Both the position numbers and the translations under genes were made by a program. A stretch of DNA of 64,000 nucleotides from Octopus vulgaris. Its lineage: Eukaryota. The stretch is taken from assembly GCA_951406725.2 (NCBI GenBank), contig OX597819.1, positions 98,828,001-98,892,000 of the forward strand, in the 5' to 3' direction. The notes under the pieces were generated by a model. The model did no database searches. It was not told the origin of the DNA and was given only the letters and a program-made list of their open reading frames with translations. Shown piece after piece: positions 13,130 to 28,114 of the stretch. Position 1 is the first letter of the stretch, and every line of letters starts with the position of its first letter.

Positions 13130-15254
13130 TATATTTCATACATATTCGTGTGCGTCCATGTGTGCGTGCGTGTGTCTGCATACATGTATGTATATATGAT
13201 TACATATATGCATGCACACTCACACACACACACACATGCACACACATGCACACACATACACACACACATACACATGACTTTTCTGTTTCACAGAACACAG
13301 GAATGTAACATTCAATACGTGTTATACCGCAGAGTATAATTATTTAATGTATGCAGCTGGTTGTCACTTCCTTCGCTACACGGTGTTGACTGTTTTTTTG
13401 ACCTTCTTTGAGACATCTTTTATTGTCACCCAATCGAACAACGAAACAATGATGTAGCGTCACCCAAAGCAAAATTACACCCTATTCCCCATCTAAACAT
13501 GAGCAACGCTCCACTAGAAAGGCTTACATCGTTGTTGTTATCGTTTCGGTCATACTTGATCAAGTAGTCCGCTGATAAAATATAATCACTCTGGCTTTAA
13601 AACACCCCGTTTTTTTTATTCTTGAGACATTGTACTATCATTTTTAAGATTGTAGGATGTCTGGTTTGCAGGAAATATGGTTGCCCTTCCTATCTATTGG
13701 AGTGGCTGTGTAGATGCTTCTATGTTATCTCATTAAGAACATAGTTATAGAATAAACTCTAACATATTTACTATTCTGTTGACAATGGGTCTCAATATAT
13801 ATGTCCAATTTGTAATTATAATTTCTAATTGACACCAATATCTAACTGCTCTTTTGTTTTATTGACACCATAATGCAAAGCTAATCCCAATGGGATTTGA
13901 ACTTAGAGCGTATATAGACGTAATTAAATGCTGCATTTTATCCAGTGCACAACCGTTTCTACTAATCAACCTCAGTTTGTTCAGTGTTTAATATTTCTTG
14001 TATTTAATTATTGTTTGGCGGCATGTTAAAACGGAACGGGAATTCTGAATATATGAAGATTTGTAGAAGAACATTAGGACAAAGAAATTAAGTTTGGATC
14101 TGTGTAATGATTTTCAATGATTATGGTGGGAGGTAGAATAAAGTCAGCAAAGCGGAATGTAAATAGGAGTGTAAAGGTCCTAGTTGTTCAACTGCATTGG
14201 ACGATAAGCCGAAAAGTCGGCAATTTGCGTTTTATCATCGTCGCCATGTTTGTCCGTGATAAACTTTCTTAAATGACAACGGCCTAGTCTATCTCGATAT
14301 AAGGAGAAACTGCAGGGTGATGTAGTTCGCCGCTGTAACTACCAGCAGCAACGGTAGAAATAGTCATGCTGATGAATTGACAAATATTTCTATGGTTGGC
14401 AGTTGCAAGTTCAAATTCTTCATTATAAGTAAATCTATGAAATATCAGCTGGGCAGTAGTTATTCATCCAGGTAACATTCCTGACACCGTATATCTTGAT
14501 TAGGCTAATGGAAAATTTGGAATTTCAGGTAGAATTTGTAGTGACATGGTCTAGTTTCAACATGATTAGATCAATATGGGAGAATATACAGCCGATCACG
14601 TGGACAACAAAGATTGTGTATATAGAAGGAAGTATAAACAGGTGTTTATTTAATGGATGTATATTAAATAAAGTGTAGGAGAATGTATATAGAATAAACT
14701 ACAGAGTGGGGTATATTGTAGGAAGTTTAGTTGTATGTATATTGAAGAAGATGTAAAGAGATGCATTTTAAATTAGTGCCTCACAAACTGACAGTTACCT
14801 GGGCACCTCCCAAAAACATAAGAAAAACAGTAAAATTTTTGCCAAGCTCCACTGCATCTTCATTAATGAGAAAACAAGTAACTTTGACTCATACATCTTC
14901 TTTCAACAAGTTTAAAGTTTAAAACTTTTAAAATTTATCAAACATAGCGATTTGTCCGTTCACTTTTAAATTCCTTCCCGTAATGACTTGCCCCCGTCTC
15001 TGAGTATAACTACCGGTACATTTAAGTAGAATTTATACCATAATCAATGCGCATCAATGGATATATAGTCTAATTTTGGCACAAAGCCAGCAACATTTGA
15101 GGCAGAGAATTGAATACAAGCTCACACCTTGCTTAACTAGTACTTATTTTTTCAACTTCAAAAGAATGAAAGACAAAGTCGACCTCGGAGGAAATTGAAC
15201 CCAGAAATGGACATATATTAAAGGATATATATATTGGCTTATATTGGTTTCATC

Positions 15255-15798
<544 letters not shown>

Positions 15799-15802
15799 CA
15801 TA

Positions 15803-15920
15803 GGGAGAGTTTACGAAAAAAACAAAAGACGAAGACAGGTGGTGTACAAAACAAACAGATGTATTATTAAAATGCTCAGGAATAGAAAAAGTCTTTTACG
15901 TTTCGAGCCTACGCTCTTCT
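15803..15920 (-). mobile_element. Family G short element, copy 2 (5'-truncated inside the hammerhead core)
   Basis: Same left boundary gggagagtttacg; ends at acgctcttct followed by (TA)n. Confidence 0.8.
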
Positions 15921-16538
15921 TTATATATATATATATATTTAATGACATGAACAAGAATGGAGAAAAATCGCACCTCTAATTGATGATTACACAATACATT
16001 CCCAACAATTGTTTCTATTGTACCAGCATATTTAGATATAGAAAAAAGGTACAAAATATCATTCAAATAAATATATCCGAAAATTTATATTAATAAAATG
16101 TTATCAAGGAGGTAACCCAAAACAGATTGAATTCAATGTGAATATAGATAATATCTCTCATATATGAACGCATACGAAAATAACGTTAAGAAAGAATATG
16201 TTCTAAGAAAAGCTAGTTTAGTATCTAAACTTATGATGACACCAGTTGATAACGGAAGAAAATATACATAAAGATTCTACGTCGCGTTATGTAGTTTTTT
16301 AGCGATTTATATATATTACACAATTTAGAAAATTTATGCTTATTGCGTTATAGGAAACGCGTTTGTAATTAAGGTGTTATTTACTTTTGAAATATTTCAA
16401 TGATTTTTAAAAATATTTATGGGAACATTTCAATGTAAGAGTGGTTCTACAATTTAATAAATATAATTTTGAGGTAATTATATATTATATTGCTAGGAAC
16501 ATTATTAATATAATGCGAATGGTGCATTATACCAGATG

Positions 16539-16602
<64 letters not shown>

Positions 16603-16784
16603 TAAGTTCAGCTGATCTTTAAGCAAATAAAAACCAAAACACAATGAATTACGGTAATATTACCAACTCAATGCATAATACACGCGTCCTAGTAAATAAC
16701 AAAACCCATAAACAAGACCGCGTAGCTCTCATGTGCAATTACCAGAAAATGTTGGTAATGCGATGTAGAGTTTTTGACCTGGAG

Positions 16785-16903
16785 CAGGGCTTCCCAAAAT
16801 GTGTTCTGCAGAACCTTAGGGCTCCCTGAAATTTATCAGGGGTTCCACATTTCAAAAAATAATGTCGAAGGACGCCGCGGCAGGAAACATTTGGGAGCCA
16901 CTG
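16785..16903. mobile_element. hAT/Charlie-like MITE
   Basis: TIRs cagggcttcccaaaatgt ... acatttgggagccactg; no clean 8-bp TSD. Confidence 0.55.
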
Positions 16904-16929
16904 ATCTAAGGATTAACTAAATGTTCTTT

Positions 16930-17421
16930 TAGGCTTACCGAAGTGATACCATTGTACAAATTTAGACAGTGGTGTTTGCCAGTGTTCGCCAATAGTGCTG
17001 TCTGTGAAACACGTTTCTCACCATGTAAACAACGAGTGTATGACACATGTGTTTATTGTGTATACATTCAAGATGTATGCTGGCTTGCAGTATATCCTGT
17101 GCATACATTTTAGCAATGGTAATGTAGCACCCATCAACAGATGTGTAGTACTTGCTATTAAATGGTGTTTTACTACAAGCACCAAGCTTGCCTTTATAAG
17201 CACAAAGCATTCCTCCTATAGGGCAGGCTACAGTAAGATAGCCACACAATTTTGTAACAGTCTTATTTCTACGTACCTTGGCCCACAAATGATGTCCTGT
17301 TGTTCGTAAAATACTAGGGTCGACTTTTATACAGGGGTCTATGGAAAATCCCCGATTTTTGGGCCCAAAATAGAGGGCCGACTTGTATATGAGTTCGACT
17401 ATTACTCGAGCATATACGGTA
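16930..17421. mobile_element. pogo/Tigger-like (Tc1/mariner superfamily) element right end
   Basis: Terminus cgactattactcgagcatatacgg-TA with subterminal (g/t)cgact repeats, typical of CCGTAT-ended pogo-like elements; left boundary approximate. Confidence 0.6.
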
Positions 17422-17429
17422 TATATTTA

Positions 17430-17648
17430 TGTGTGTGTCTTTGTGTCGATGTTTGTTCCTCACCATCGCATTACAACCGATGCTGGTGTGTTTACGTCCC
17501 TGTAACTTAGCGGTTCGGCAAAAGAAACCGATAGAATAAATATCAGGCCTACAAAGAATAAGTCCTAGGGTCGATTTCTTTGATTAAAAAGGCGGTGCTC
17601 CAGCATGGCCGAAGCCGAACGACTGAAACAAACAAAAGAATAAAAGAA
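17430..17648 (+). mobile_element. SINE family B, 3' half
   Basis: acaaccgatgctggtgtgtttacgtc...ggcggtgctccagcatggcc...gactgaaac. Confidence 0.85.
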
Positions 17649-18161
17649 TGTGTGTGTGTGTGCGTGTGTGTGTGTGTGCGGGTACACACACATATTTATA
17701 CATATGTACAGAGAGAATGAGAGAGAGAGAGAGAGTGAAGAGATAGAGAGAGAGATAGGAGGAAGAGAGATACATATAGGTGCTTGTATATATACATGTA
17801 TTTTTGTATGAATGTATGTATGAATGCAAATATGTATAAGAATAAATATATATTAATGTTAACATATATTTGTTATAGCCTTCAGCTGATTTTTATATAT
17901 CTGGTTCTCTCCACATATTTTGCCTGCCTCTCTACTTTTCTCCTCTCTCTCTCTCTCTCTCCCTGCCTCTTTCTCTTTCTCTCTCTCTTTCTTTCTAATT
18001 ATCTTTCTACCTCCTCTCGCTCATTAGGACTCTTCCCTTCTTCCCTCAGCAATAAATCAATTAACGCTGGACCACGTCATTGTATTAATCAACGCATTAT
18101 TACCAGCACTATGAACATCACTATAAACAGCAGCAGTGGCAGCAGTAGCAGAAACAAACTG

Positions 18162-18449
<288 letters not shown>

Positions 18450-18651
18450 GCTGCTACTGTTCTAATAGCATCTATAGAATGGTACATGCGAGTGCGTCAG
18501 CACCAGTTCTTTACTATAATATATGTAGATATTACTGCAGTCTTTTCACCATTCTATATAACTCGTTTGATTTCAATCCCACCCTCCTTGAAATCTCGAA
18601 CTAGACACGTGTAAAATAAAGAATAACACCTGGTGTTGACACAGCCGTCCT

Positions 18652-18695
<44 letters not shown>

Positions 18696-18706
18696 ATATA
18701 CAGACG

Positions 18707-18799
<93 letters not shown>

Positions 18800-19014
18800 G
18801 CATGCATATATATAGGTGTGTTTGCTTGCCTGTTCGCGTGTGTGTGTATGTGTGTATGTTTTTGTTGATATTCGGCAGAAGTAACAATGTAGGAAGGATG
18901 AAGCGTTTCGTGCGTTCGCACTTATCGAACCCTATGTATGTATGTATGTATGTATGTATGTATGTATGTATGTATGTATGTATGTATGTATGTATGTGTG
19001 TATGTATGCATGTG

Positions 19015-19051
<37 letters not shown>

Positions 19052-20672
19052 ATGTGTGTATATATATGTATATGCAAATACACGCAAAATTGTTTTTTGT
19101 TTCATACCAATATGTAAATGAAGTTATGCCACTCATAATCCTCTTTGCATTTTACGTAGGTAATTCCTTCTTGCAGAAACTTGGGATTCCGAGATAAGCG
19201 ATCCTTTGAGACTCTGTAATGCAAAATGAAACTAGTCGAATCGTTCCTCATGTCACTCTGCCAAAGATCCTGTATTATTAACAAAGAACGTAACTTTACC
19301 GGGTGATTTATGTTCATTAAAAAGCACACACACATACACCCACTTTCACATACACACACACACTCTCTCTCATGGGCATATATGACCTCCTATACAAACA
19401 CCCACACCGCACATACGTTCTAATATATGTTTGTATAGAGCAATTTTATTTGGTCTGTTGATTTTAGATTTCTGAATTGCAATAAGTTAATCTAGCAAGC
19501 GACGGAATTTATTTCAGTGAATGGAAACAATGTAATATGAACATTTTATTGAGTACAATGAAATTGTAAATTTTATGACACAAACTATTACATCGGGCAA
19601 ACAAACACTGCATATTCTCCTCAACTGACAATGCATTCACAACAATTAGCATTGTAATTCAGGATAATATCGTACACGGTATATAATTAGACAGAAAATG
19701 CATTAGTTGATAGTACTATTATTTTATATAGAAGAGAAGTAGAGAGAGAGTGAGAGAAAGAGAGAGAGATTCATTGCGAGTTAAAAATATGAAATCTGTG
19801 AGAAATTTAATCATTGTAAAATTTTTACACCGATGATGATTTTATGAAAATATTCTTATGGGCCAAACCAGTGTCAGGTACGCAAAGAACAAGCTATTAT
19901 TACCACTAATTCCTCTTGATAATCGTACCTGAAAGGTCTTGAAACGTTGATGGGTTAATGGCTTTGCAAATGTTATTGCTCGAAACAGCACTTACACGTC
20001 TAATGAAGAAATATGAAATACCTTAAATACAGTATATTAAATTCGAACACGTCTCCCTCCACTTCAAAAGATAACTTAGCCATTCAATGTATAGTGATCG
20101 ATATAATATTTACTAGCTCCAAATAATTAGCAGTAGCGTCGATGCGATCGACCACAAAGCTTGAAACTGATACCCCAGCACAGCCGCAGTCCACAGACTG
20201 ACATCAGTAAAATAATATATAGATATAAAATTGTTGCCCTTCAGGAAATTCACGCCTCTATGTTGATTTCATATTTTTGATCCCTAATGGAGGAATTCCT
20301 AACTCTTTGTTAGTTTTCCTCGTTCATCGTTTCAACATTAACATACAGACCTACTTTCATTATTTCTTTATCTTACTATCTGTATTTCTCCTCCTATCTG
20401 GATATATCTATTTATCTCTCTTTTTTTCATTTTTTTCTTCTACGTATTTGTGTGTATGTGTGTTTGTGCATACAGCGAAAGAGAAAGATAGTTATAACAA
20501 GGTAGATTGAGAGAGACAGAGTAAATATAGACATATTGAAAGTGTGGATGTGTGTGTGTGTGTGTGAATGTCGAAATTGGTACAGAAATTTGTGATTTGT
20601 ACAAGAAGCTATAGGTTTTCTAGGTCGGTACTTTCCTGCTCTGATTTCCATTTGTGACAGACTCAACATTGC

Positions 20673-20770
<98 letters not shown>

Positions 20771-21419
20771 GTCTATCCTTCGGTCTATTTACCTACTTAA
20801 CTCTCTATTTCGCTAACTACCTACCTGTACATACCTACTTACCTACTTGCCTAATCTTATCTCTCTTTCTACTTACCTCTCTGTATATACACATGTCTAA
20901 CTTCCTGATTGCCTTCCTACATCTCTATTTACCTGCCTAAATCTCTATCTACCAGTCTCTGTTTTTCTACCTAACATTCTATCCATCTGTATAACTCCAT
21001 GTCTATATACACTGCTGCACTAATCAGCAACTGTACAGGCAGCAATTCACCAATACAGCCGATACGAAAAGACAGCAGTGTCGTCTGTAAATGGAAGAAG
21101 CAGACGACAGCCTAACCGGTTAGAACTGGTTGCATCAATGATGTTTGATAGGTAAAGCTATTTAGGAACAGAGAGAGGAGGAGATGTTGTTAGTGCGTGA
21201 GAAGGTTAGTATAAGAGGAGGAAGCCGTGGTGGGTGGGGCTGGTGGTGATAACAGGTAGATAGGAAAGAGTGGGAGTGAGAATGTAGGAAGGTGGGATAG
21301 GGAAAGATTGACTTAAAGCGACAATTGTAGAATGAGGTGGAGTGAGAGTGAGCGGGAGAATGGTTGTAATGCACAAAACACATACTGAGGGAGAGAGAGA
21401 GAGAGAAAAAGAGAGAGGA

Positions 21420-21454
<35 letters not shown>

Positions 21455-22183
21455 AAGAGAGAGGAAATGGGAAAGAGACAGAGTCGATAATTTGATAAAA
21501 AGAAGAAAAAGGGAGAGAGAAAACTGAATGTAAAAGTTTCAAAATGAGAAAGGAAGAGATAAAGATTGAGAGAGATAGAGAAAGAAAATGGAGCAGAGAG
21601 GATTGAAAGAGAAGGAGAGGGAGAAAGAGAGAGATAGGGGGAGAAAGAGAGAGATAGGGGGAGAAAGCGAGAGTGGGAGGATTTATTGATAGATAAATTG
21701 ATAGAAAGGATGTTCTAATTATCCGTCTGTTTGTCTGTTTGTCTCGCTCTCTCCTCTCTTTGCTTGTATATGTATGTATGCATACATACATGCATATGCA
21801 CACACACACACACGCACGAGCACATATATATAAATATACAGAGAGAGAAAGAAAAAGAGAGAGAGAATAGAATGACTAGGGGTTACTACCCAGGGTACGT
21901 TAGGCGTACACACTTGCATGTGTATGTGTGTATGTATGAGTGTGCGTATGTGAATACATAGACGTACAGAAGCAGACGACTAAGATGGTTAGATCGACAG
22001 GGAGAAATAATAGATACATTCATAGTTAGACGGGCAAATAGAAACATCGGATAGAAGGGTAAATAGAGATATGTAAATGAGAAGATAGAGAGACAATGAG
22101 TATACAGCTGTGCGCACACGTGTATAGATAGATAGACAGACAGACAGACAGATAGATAGATAGATAATTAGATAGATAGATAA

Positions 22184-22237
<54 letters not shown>

Positions 22238-22246
22238 GGATGAATG

Positions 22247-22372
<126 letters not shown>

Positions 22373-23351
22373 CTGAAAGAGATAGGATAGAGATGTGTGT
22401 GTATGTGTGAATATTTGTTTAAAAATAAGTGAGGAAATAACACATATACGTATATAAATTCATACATACATTTATACATACAAACATACCTTTACGCATG
22501 TACAAATAGATACATACATAGATGTCAATATACAAGCACGTAGACACACGTGAACACGGCTATACATGCACACACATGCATACAAGCATACATACATTCA
22601 TTCATTCATACATGTTTATGTGCTTATAAGGGTAGATAGAGAGGTGGAGTGCAAGAAAAAGAAAGAGAGGGAGAGACAGAGTGAAAGAGGGCGAGATAGA
22701 ATGAGATATATAGATATAGATAGAAAGAGAGTGTGAAATAGGTAGAGTGCGATAGACTAACGACAGCAATGCAGTCATCAACTGGTTACATTTCTATCAA
22801 TCGATAGACTGTCTTGCTATTTCCCTCCAAGTTGACACTACGTTCAAGAGATTGCTAGGTTGTAGGCTGCAGGTTATTCGCTATAGAAAGGCGTGTGTGT
22901 GTGTGTGTAATGCTATGTGCGTGTGCATGTAAGTTACTCTCTTTGTGTGCGCATTTGGACAGGTCTCTCTCATATATGTCTATATGGAAAATAGAACTTC
23001 CCCGAATTTCTGAGTTTGCTATGCATCGTGAATGCTATCTAGATTTTGCTTTTATCATCCATTAAATCTGTTTGTAGGACACACATGAAAAGACGTCTGT
23101 GATAGGACGACGGCTTTAACAAGTCGAAACTAGTCGAGATGCTCTTCGGTTCCGCCAACAGAAACGAAGTCTTATGATGTCTATTAATCTTATGGTCTAT
23201 TAATGCAATAAGACTAAATGCACGTATGTATTAAGTATGCATGCAGGTGTGCCTATACGTATGTTTGTATGTGTATATGTATGCCTGTACACATACACAT
23301 ACATATACCATATACATACAAGTAGGCGATATTCTCTCGAATATGTGTGTG

Positions 23352-23407
<56 letters not shown>

Positions 23408-23414
23408 GTATGTA

Positions 23415-23464
<50 letters not shown>

Positions 23465-23556
23465 TGAGATAAGGCATTGCTGATAAGTTTTGTCTTTCTA
23501 CTGTTCATGTTACATGCATGCATGCATACATACATGCATAAATACATACATATATG

Positions 23557-23588
<32 letters not shown>

Positions 23589-24779
23589 CATGTACATATA
23601 TATATTTATATATATATATTGTGAGAACGTGTATATCTAGAAGTATATTTATACACATGCTTGTATGCGTGAGCGTATGTGCGTATGTATATATATATGT
23701 TTGCTATATGCATATATGTATGTGTTTATGTGCGTGAGTGTGTGTGCGTGAGTGTGTGTGCGTGAGTGTGTGTGCGTGTGCGGGGCGTTTAGATGAAAGA
23801 AGAAAGGAATAATAATTATAGAAAAAGGGTAGAATTGTAATAAAGGAGATGGAGTGGAGTAGAAGAATTGGAAGGAAAAACAGTTGAGAAAAATAACAAC
23901 AAAAACGATTTAGTGTTTGAAAGACATTTTAATTGAATTCGCCATAGTTTCATGTGATTGTTGTAAGCAAGCCAGGTCTAGGTTGGTGGGACAATGCTAC
24001 CCTCTGTATAACTGGGCAAATACAGATATAAGGAGTAAATATTTATACAAGCCTAGGGCAACACTGCAACGTGTATACAAATATACTCACGTATATGTAT
24101 TAAACACATGTACTATAGACAAAATGTACTCAATCAAAGATAAATATATGCAATAAAACACATATACGCTCATATACACGAACATAGCGACGAATGCATA
24201 AATACGCATACAGATTGACGAAAACACATATGTAACTAAGAATGTACAATTATGCACACAAATGCATAAATAATTATGCGTGTTCAAACTCACACGTATG
24301 TAAGACCTGAAGAGTAATACATAACAAAGTAGGATCGGTCGAGAAAGAAACCATGATACGTAAGCTTGTTAGTCATGGACTGCCCAGCCATGAGACAGGT
24401 TGTACAGTGTAACAGATACACGAGAGTGTTTTGCATTAACATCGGCTAAACGACGATGCAGGCAATCAATTATGAAGACCAACAACCAGAAACAAAAGAT
24501 ATTTGAGATGATAAGCATTGACAACAGTTAAATTAAAGGAGACTTGATGAGTGTCTATAAATTTAATTGCTTTGAGAAATGAAAAGTCTAGTTTTCCAAG
24601 ATCTAGCTATTAGAAATCAATCGGGAACGATAATCGCGTTGCTAGTCGAGCTGTTTCGCTATCGATAACCATACAATGAACATCATTTTTCTTTACTGCT
24701 TGCTGAAGGATAACATTTTGAAAAATTACCCTTTCTACTCTTTTCTTCTGAGTTTTCTTGTAATATATTTAGTTTGCCC

Positions 24780-24834
<55 letters not shown>

Positions 24835-24840
<6 letters not shown>

Positions 24841-25345
24841 TTCAGAATGAGATAAAAATCCAAGGCTGTGAAAGATTTTAGGATATTTATAAATAAAAGC
24901 TCTTACAGCTGTTTCGAGGATATTTTATATATCCCTTCTTCGGAGACGGCGTGAGAAAATAGTTAAGCAATAGTTATTTTAGATAAGATATGAAATAGAG
25001 AGTGAAGTGGAGGAATGAAAATAGACGTGAGATATGCAGGGATATTACATCTGATATTTCAGAATGGTATACATATAAGATTTCAATACCTTGTGAGTAA
25101 GTTCCAATAGTATTTAAAATGGGACATTCCAAGTATAGAGTTTGTACGCAGTGTTATTGAATCGAGGGTTTTATTTAAAGTGACCTAAAAGTTGGGAATG
25201 TATTTGTAAGGTCAAATCGAAAACAAGGAGAGAGGAATAAAGAAAAGAAAAGAAAAATGAAAAGCGGGGAGAGAAAGTGTACTGGTTAGTGGTCAGTCAA
25301 GATAAATTGATAGTAAGAATGGGGAAGTGAGGGTGTGGAGCTTAA
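24835..25345 (-). mobile_element. Penelope-like element 3' end with pLTR hammerhead
   Basis: Minus strand IVKLHTLTSP near 25340 (like the GIY-YIG tail IxKLxTLxP), then a hammerhead motif at 24899-24950, ending at (TA)n. Confidence 0.6.
24899..24950 (-). ncRNA. Minimal type I hammerhead ribozyme motif (U4C variant)
   Basis: TCT-CCGAAGA-AG-GGATAT-ataaa-ATATCC-TC-GAAA-CAGCTG-TA-AGA; palindromic stem III, GUA cleavage triplet. Confidence 0.7.
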
Positions 25346-25644
25346 CTATAGTCTGTTCATAGCACTTACTCAGCATTACCTGACACCTTTGGGTCTTATT
25401 GACACCTTTACCTCTCATAGCCCCTCTCTCTCTCTCTCTCTCTCTGTGACCGCGCGTGTACCGTTGGCGATTTTTTTTCCCTCTGTCTTCCCTTCTCTGG
25501 ATCTTTCCTTCTCCTATGTTTGCGACGAAGAGCTCCGCTCGAAACGTTAATCCCTCCTACTTTCCTTCTTTCCTGAGCGTCCAATAATACTATATTTGTT
25601 CCACGTCCTCGCGTTGTGTTTTTTGTGCTTTCTTGTTTGGATTA

Positions 25645-25650
<6 letters not shown>
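25346..25650 (+). mobile_element. Penelope-like element 3' end (relative of family G) with decayed hammerhead
   Basis: TPLGLIDTF (like PxGLNxxF); gttt-GCGACGA-A-GAGC-tcc-GCTC-GAAA-CG-TT at 25518-25552; shares ttcctgagcg...taatac with family G; ends at (TA)n. Confidence 0.6.
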
Positions 25651-25695
<45 letters not shown>

Positions 25696-25959
25696 ACGCT
25701 CAAATGATTCGAACCTATCTGTTATATATGTGTAAAAGTATAAAGTCATGCCAATACTGGCCCTTTACCATACGTACATTCGTCAGCTTGTGGTCAGCTG
25801 TTTCACCAGTGAGTTAGCTAAATCTACGATATGAGGGAAATGCCAGATTCGACAGGTGAGGTGCTGCGTTTACATTACCAACTTACTATAGTACACAGTG
25901 TGCAATCAAGAGTATAAATTCTATACACACTATTGATTCTTTGCTATAAGCACACATAT

Positions 25960-26842
25960 ATCTTTTATCTCTTATTTGTTTCAGTCACGGAAACTACATC
26001 TAAGCTGGAGCGCTGCCTTAAAGGGGCTTAGCCGAATAAATTGACCCTACCACTTATATTTTCGATCTCCTTTGATGAACGAGGACATTTACAAACTAAC
26101 ACCACTTGTCAAGCGATGGTGGAACGAAACACAAACATACACATGCACACATGCACATGAACATAAATATGTATACATATATATACATACATACATACAT
26201 ACATACATACATACATACATACATACATACATACATACATACACACATACACACACATATGTGCATCATCATCATCATCATCATCATTGTTCGATCGTGG
26301 TCGAGGCAATGGAATTTACCGTGCCACGCCAGACCTCACAGTCCATCATAACATTACGGAGGTCCTGTTGCTGGATGCCTGTATCCCTGGAGATTACATC
26401 AGGGTAGGAGAGTGTGCACCCTCTGGTGTCGCGAGCAGATGGCTTCCAGAGGAGAAGAGTAGAAATTACCTCGTTTTCAGCTCTACAACAATGTCCAGCA
26501 AACTGGACTCTTCTACCTTTCACAAGAGATGATACAAGTGGTAGTTTCCCATATATTTGTACTTTGGTTGGATGGCGCTTCTACGAGAGATATTGAGCTC
26601 TCATAAAGTAGCGAGTGTAAGTTCCATCCAACCGCCTCTCAAGCTTCTTGGATAACGTTCAGGTTTCTGAGCCATATAGTAGAATTGGTTCGACGCCACA
26701 CAGGTTCCGTATAGCAAATTCAATCTAATTGATCGGTGCAGGGCTATAATAGTAGGTACTCGCCCAAGGTACCGCACAGTGGGATTGAACTCCAAACCAC
26801 GTGATTGCAAGGCGAACTTCCTATTACTCAGCCATGCCTGCA
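25960..26842 (-). mobile_element. Diverged SINE family B split by an RTE insertion
   Basis: B tail 25960-26140; B head 26740-26842 (gcccaaggtaccgcacagtgggattgaac...cagccatgcctgc). Confidence 0.7.
26264..26694 (-). pseudogene. 5'-truncated RTE-clade LINE: ORF C-terminus with (GAT)n tail
   Basis: VEPILLYGSET*TLSKKLERRLDGTYTR..RAQYLS*KRHPT...RRVQFAGHCCRAENEVISTLLLWKP...RDTG...WR; two in-frame stops at probable Trp codons; tail read as (CAT)n on +. Confidence 0.9.
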
Positions 26843-27272
26843 TATTTAAATTTTTGTATTATTTTAAAAAATTCTTTATATATTGAGAAGTTAACACTTC
26901 ATCATGCTTGTTAGCTCCTCTAGTTAATTGCGATAAACAAGCAGAGGTTACTGTATACAAATGCAAAGGAATATTTATATAAATCGCGAGAAACAGTGGA
27001 AAGAGTTCTTCTTTGCTTGCTGCGTAAAAACGATTATGAAAATGTAAAGATACACGCAGATAAACGTAATCGTGCATAGGTATACGCACACGTACGTGCG
27101 CGCATACACACACACATACTTATATAATGAGAGAGGGAGAGAGAGGGGGGAGGGAGAGAAAAAGAGAAAGAAGTAAAAATAAGATGAGACAGGGAGGAAG
27201 AAAGATACCTGAAGAGAAATAGAAATAGCTTACAGCATTTTATTATCTTTCATGTGGAGGAGAACGTTCACC

Positions 27273-27322
<50 letters not shown>

Positions 27323-27531
27323 CATATACATACATAGACACACATACACACACATATATATACATACATATTTATATATATTTGTGTGTGTGTGTATATA
27401 TATAAATATACGGGTGTGTGTGTGTCTGTGTATATGTGTGTATGTATATGCGTATATATGTGCGTATGTAAGTATATATTCGTAATTAAATATGCATTTG
27501 TATATAAACACAGGTAGAAATTCCACACATA

Positions 27532-27576
<45 letters not shown>

Positions 27577-27629
27577 GCACCAAGCCTAAATATATACATA
27601 TGTAACACACACACAAACACACATATATA

Positions 27630-27673
<44 letters not shown>

Positions 27674-28072
27674 TGTATGTGCATGCGTGTGCGTGTGTAT
27701 GCGTGCGTATGTGTGAAAACAAAGCGTCACAGTGAGTGAGAATAAGGGGAAACAACCGGTGTTTGTTTCCAAAAGGTTGTTATGATGCTTCATCATTCCG
27801 TTTAAAAATGGCTTTCAGAATGTAAAACAACTTTGCCCCCTTCTGAGTGCACCATCTGTTGCAGTTATCATACATTCATGCAAGTTATCTGCAATTGGTA
27901 TGCAGACGTTCGAGAGAGCTGCTAACAAGCGTTAAACTTGCATTTAACATTTTCTTTACATGACATTGATGTAAAGCAGGCGATATTTATATTGCATGTC
28001 CGCTTCATCTCACCATCTGACCTCCCTGACTTTGGGTTTTTATGTTATATGTTCGTGTTTGAGTATGTGTGT

Positions 28073-28114
<42 letters not shown>

